Source of the DNA: Candidatus Eiseniibacteriota bacterium
GTDB taxonomy: Bacteria > Arandabacterota > Arandabacteria > Arandabacterales > Arandabacteraceae
NCBI GenBank assembly: GCA_043810925.1
Contig: JBDRNT010000161.1
Span: 32,001-96,000 of the forward strand
Direction of reading: 5' to 3'
Length of the DNA stretch: 64,000 nt
Part shown: piece by piece, positions 61,160-64,000 of the stretch
Layout: each line of letters starts with the position of its first letter
Position numbering within the stretch: the stretch's first letter is position 1
Made by a program: the position numbers and the translations under genes
The notes under the pieces: model-generated
Databases searched by the model: none
The model's input: only the letters and a program-made list of their open reading frames with translations
Told to the model about the DNA's origin: nothing

Positions 61160-64000
61160 TTGGTAGCAAAAGCTGAACACGGGCTTCACAGACTGGTGAC
61201 GGGTGACTATCCTCGCCTCCAGGAGGTCTTCGTCAGGGAGGTCACCCGGCTTCGGGATCACGATAAGCTCAACCCGCTCATTGTCCTTGTGTCCTCACGT
61301 CTCCTGGGTCTCCATCTCCGGCGTTTCCTGGCGGCCCGGGGAACAGCCCACATCAATCTTCGCTTCTTGAGACTGGAGGATCTGGCAGCGGAGGTCGCGG
61401 CACCTGCTCTTGCCGCACAGGGTAGGGGGCGGGTCCCTTCATTCGCATCTGAGATGATAATAAGTACCGCTGCCGACCAACTCGCCTGCGATGATAAGAA
61501 GTTCTACTTCCGCGGAATCGCCGACAGACCGGGCTTTCACCAGGCGGCGCTTTCAACTATCGAGGATCTCAAGAAAGCCTGTCTCTCACCCGGCGACCTG
61601 AAGGCCGCCATCCGCGTGCCCGGTGTTAAGCGTGGTATCAATGAGGCCAAGGTGGGGGATCTCCTCAAGTTGTGGAAGGTGTATGAGGAGAGACTCGGTG
61701 ACCATGACTGGTTCGACGAATGTGACCTGATGCGGGAGGCGGTCCGGCTGGTCCCGACATCCGGGGTGATCGACAAGGCATCCGCCATAATCGTCTACGG
61801 CTTCTATGACTTCAACACTCTCCAGCAGCAGTTGCTTCAGTCATGCTTCCAGTCCAGGAACACCGTATGTTTTGTACCGTACAAATCACAGCCGGCATTC
61901 GAGTACGCAGAACCCGTAATCTCCTGGCTCAAATCTAATGCTTTCAAAGAAGACCCGGTTTCCGAAGACCGCTCCGGACCGAACCGGGAACCGGTCATCC
62001 AGCATCTCTGCGACCACCTTTTCAGCGAGGGGCGATCGGCAGAGAACCCTGAGGACGCAATAACAATCATATCGGCACCCGGTGAACTCCGCGAGGTTCG
62101 CGAGACCATACGCGATGTTGTCACAAGAGCCCGGCGCGATGAGATGCCCTTCCACGAAGTCGGTATCCTCTTGAGAAACACCGAGCCGTATGCAGGCATA
62201 TTCCGCGAAGCACTTGACAACCTTGGGTTCAAGCCCTATATGCCCGAGGGCACTCCGCTTTCGGCCACCCGCTCCGGCAGAAGCCTGCTCCTTATGCTTG
62301 ATATCCTGCGGCACGATTTCGCCAGGCGGACGGTGATGGAATTCACCACATTTGCGAAGCTTCGAAATACCGGCGCCCCCGGCCGGGACGATACGTCATC
62401 ACCGGCCCCATTGTGGGATGTCATCTCGATGGAGGCGGGAGTAGTCGGAGGGGCCGATGAATGGCTTGCCCGTCTCAAGAGACACTGCAGGGAACTCAGG
62501 GAAGAACACGATCAAGACGATCGCGAAGAGTCGACGTCACCGGGAAGCCCGCAATCCCGATCGAGGATTATTGCGGCAGAGTCGCTCTGCGAGTTCATCG
62601 ATAAGGTCATCGCAGGTCTCACCGCCGTCAAAGACGGACACACCTGGACTGATAAGACGGTCGGACTCATCGATGCTTTCTCAAACCTTGTCGAAGATGA
62701 CGAACACACCGGCGACATCAAGACCGCGCTTGAGCAGCTTAAGGACCTGGATGAGTTTGGAACCTCCCCGTCCGAGGAGGAGTTCTATGGGTTCGCTGAG
62801 GACTCCCTCGCCGCTTCAACCGGGCCCGCAGGCAGGTTTCAACGTAACGGCCCCGCAGTCTTAAACCTGATGGCGTCCCGCGGGATCCCCTTCAGAATGG
62901 TTGTGTTGCCCGGGATGGTGGAGAAGTCGTTTCCGCCTGTGGTGCGTCAGGATGCGATCCTGCTTGACGACGAACGCGCGGCCTTAAACCAGGCTCTGAC
63001 AAAGACCGATTCCGGTCCGCTCAGGCTCAAGGCAAGGGACCGGCTTGATGAGGAGCGTTTGCTCTTCCGCCTGGCAGTGGGCGCCGCCGGGGAGAAACTT
63101 CTCATAACGTATCCGCGGATCGAGATTGCCACGGCGCGCGAGCGCCTGCCATCATCGCTCCTGCTTGCAGCTATCAAGGCACTCTCCGGAAGACAGGTCG
63201 ACTTCGAGGCGGTGGAGCGCTTCGGAGGATTCAAACGGATCGCGCTGGCCCAACTGGCGACCGGCGAGCCCGGAGAGTCACTTGACCGGCTCGAGTATGA
63301 CCTTGCGAAGGCCCTGCACGAGATCGCCGACCGCAAGCCACGCCATCTGCTCTTGCTCCGGGAAACCTGCAATCCATTTAACCGCGCCCTCAAACTTGAG
63401 GCCGAGCGGTGGGGGAGGCGGGTCTTCACCAGTTATGATGGTGTTCTGTCTACCAGGGGACCTAAAACCGCACTTCCGGGTATTCACTCAATCGCAAGCC
63501 GGACGGTCTCCCCTACGCGACTTGAGACTTATGCCAGATGCCCGTACCGGTATCTTCTTGAGAGCGTGATGAGGATTGAACCCCTCGTTGAGCCGGAGCG
63601 CGCCGAGAGAATCAGCCCACTCGACAGGGGTAAGCTCATACACCAGATCCTGTGGGAGTTTCTTATGCAGATTAAGAAGGAGCGCGGCTTCCCGGTCAGG
63701 ATCCAGCCCGGCGACCGGGATATGCTGAAGAAAATAGCCACCCGCCGGTTCGCGGAGTTCGAGCAGCATGGGAACACAGGGTACCCCGCATTATGGGCGA
63801 TCGAGCAGGATACGATCTTCGGAGATCTCGATCGCTTCGTCGAAGAGCAGGTCCCCGAGACGGAGTTCCTCCCGGCCTATTTCGAAGTACGCTACGGGAT
63901 GAAGCCCTATGACGCCGAGGAGAGTGAGATATCGACTGAGACGCCCGTGCCGCTTTCCATCGGGAATCGCGAGATCTCAATCAGGGGAAAGATTGACCGG
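61160..64000 (+). CDS. addB: AddB-like inactive helicase/PD-(D/E)XK nuclease subunit, 3' truncated by window edge (missing from the ORF track)
   Basis: TTG after GGAGGAG; read ends in frame across 947 codons; YGFYDF, RGIPF..VVLPG..E..FP, EERLLF, SPTRLETYARCPYRY, final IRGKIDR. Confidence 0.85.
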   Translation, partial: MVAKAEHGLHRLVTGDYPRLQEVFVREVTRLRDHDKLNPLIVLVSSRLLGLHLRRFLAARGTAHINLRFLRLEDLAAEVAAPALAAQGRGRVPSFASEMIISTAADQLACDDKKFYFRGIADRPGFHQAALSTIEDLKKACLSPGDLKAAIRVPGVKRGINEAKVGDLLKLWKVYEERLGDHDWFDECDLMREAVRLVPTSGVIDKASAIIVYGFYDFNTLQQQLLQSCFQSRNTVCFVPYKSQPAFEYAEPVISWLKSNAFKEDPVSEDRSGPNREPVIQHLCDHLFSEGRSAENPEDAITIISAPGELREVRETIRDVVTRARRDEMPFHEVGILLRNTEPYAGIFREALDNLGFKPYMPEGTPLSATRSGRSLLLMLDILRHDFARRTVMEFTTFAKLRNTGAPGRDDTSSPAPLWDVISMEAGVVGGADEWLARLKRHCRELREEHDQDDREESTSPGSPQSRSRIIAAESLCEFIDKVIAGLTAVKDGHTWTDKTVGLIDAFSNLVEDDEHTGDIKTALEQLKDLDEFGTSPSEEEFYGFAEDSLAASTGPAGRFQRNGPAVLNLMASRGIPFRMVVLPGMVEKSFPPVVRQDAILLDDERAALNQALTKTDSGPLRLKARDRLDEERLLFRLAVGAAGEKLLITYPRIEIATARERLPSSLLLAAIKALSGRQVDFEAVERFGGFKRIALAQLATGEPGESLDRLEYDLAKALHEIADRKPRHLLLLRETCNPFNRALKLEAERWGRRVFTSYDGVLSTRGPKTALPGIHSIASRTVSPTRLETYARCPYRYLLESVMRIEPLVEPERAERISPLDRGKLIHQILWEFLMQIKKERGFPVRIQPGDRDMLKKIATRRFAEFEQHGNTGYPALWAIEQDTIFGDLDRFVEEQVPETEFLPAYFEVRYGMKPYDAEESEISTETPVPLSIGNREISIRGKIDR

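Overview
Genomic window of an anaerobic, diderm bacterium (it encodes an outer-membrane beta-barrel); the lineage cannot be fixed from this sequence. (1) 1-16 kb, + strand: a sigma54 activator followed by an orp-like cluster (NifB/NifX-domain protein, two [4Fe-4S] MinD-like ATPases, Mrp-NifX fusion). Then an Rrf2 regulator, a second divergent ATPase pair running into a two-component cluster (Cache kinase, REC-GcvH-like fusion, NtrC-type regulator, hybrid kinase), a ferredoxin and a lone HdrA. (2) 16-33 kb, - strand: beta-barrel, glnA, alkaline phosphatase, and a 17-gene Mrp-linked group 4 [NiFe]-hydrogenase operon headed by AsrA/AsrB(Flx)-like genes. (3) 33-58.7 kb: a dense signalling island (CheB-CheR-PAS fusion, many PAS/GAF kinases and receivers) interrupted by an atypical tyrosine recombinase block. 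(4) 58.7-64 kb: an orphan Eco57I-like adenine methyltransferase and a partial AddB-like gene. Two structures stand out. First, a 567-bp, ~96% identical inverted repeat gives two convergent kinases the same coiled-coil/PAS N-terminus around two different kinase cores, an inversion-ready domain-swap layout. Second, a 50-bp sigma28-like promoter+RBS module recurs with identical geometry five times in the island, with two further promoter-only copies. All calls come from reading the sequence by eye; no searches were run.
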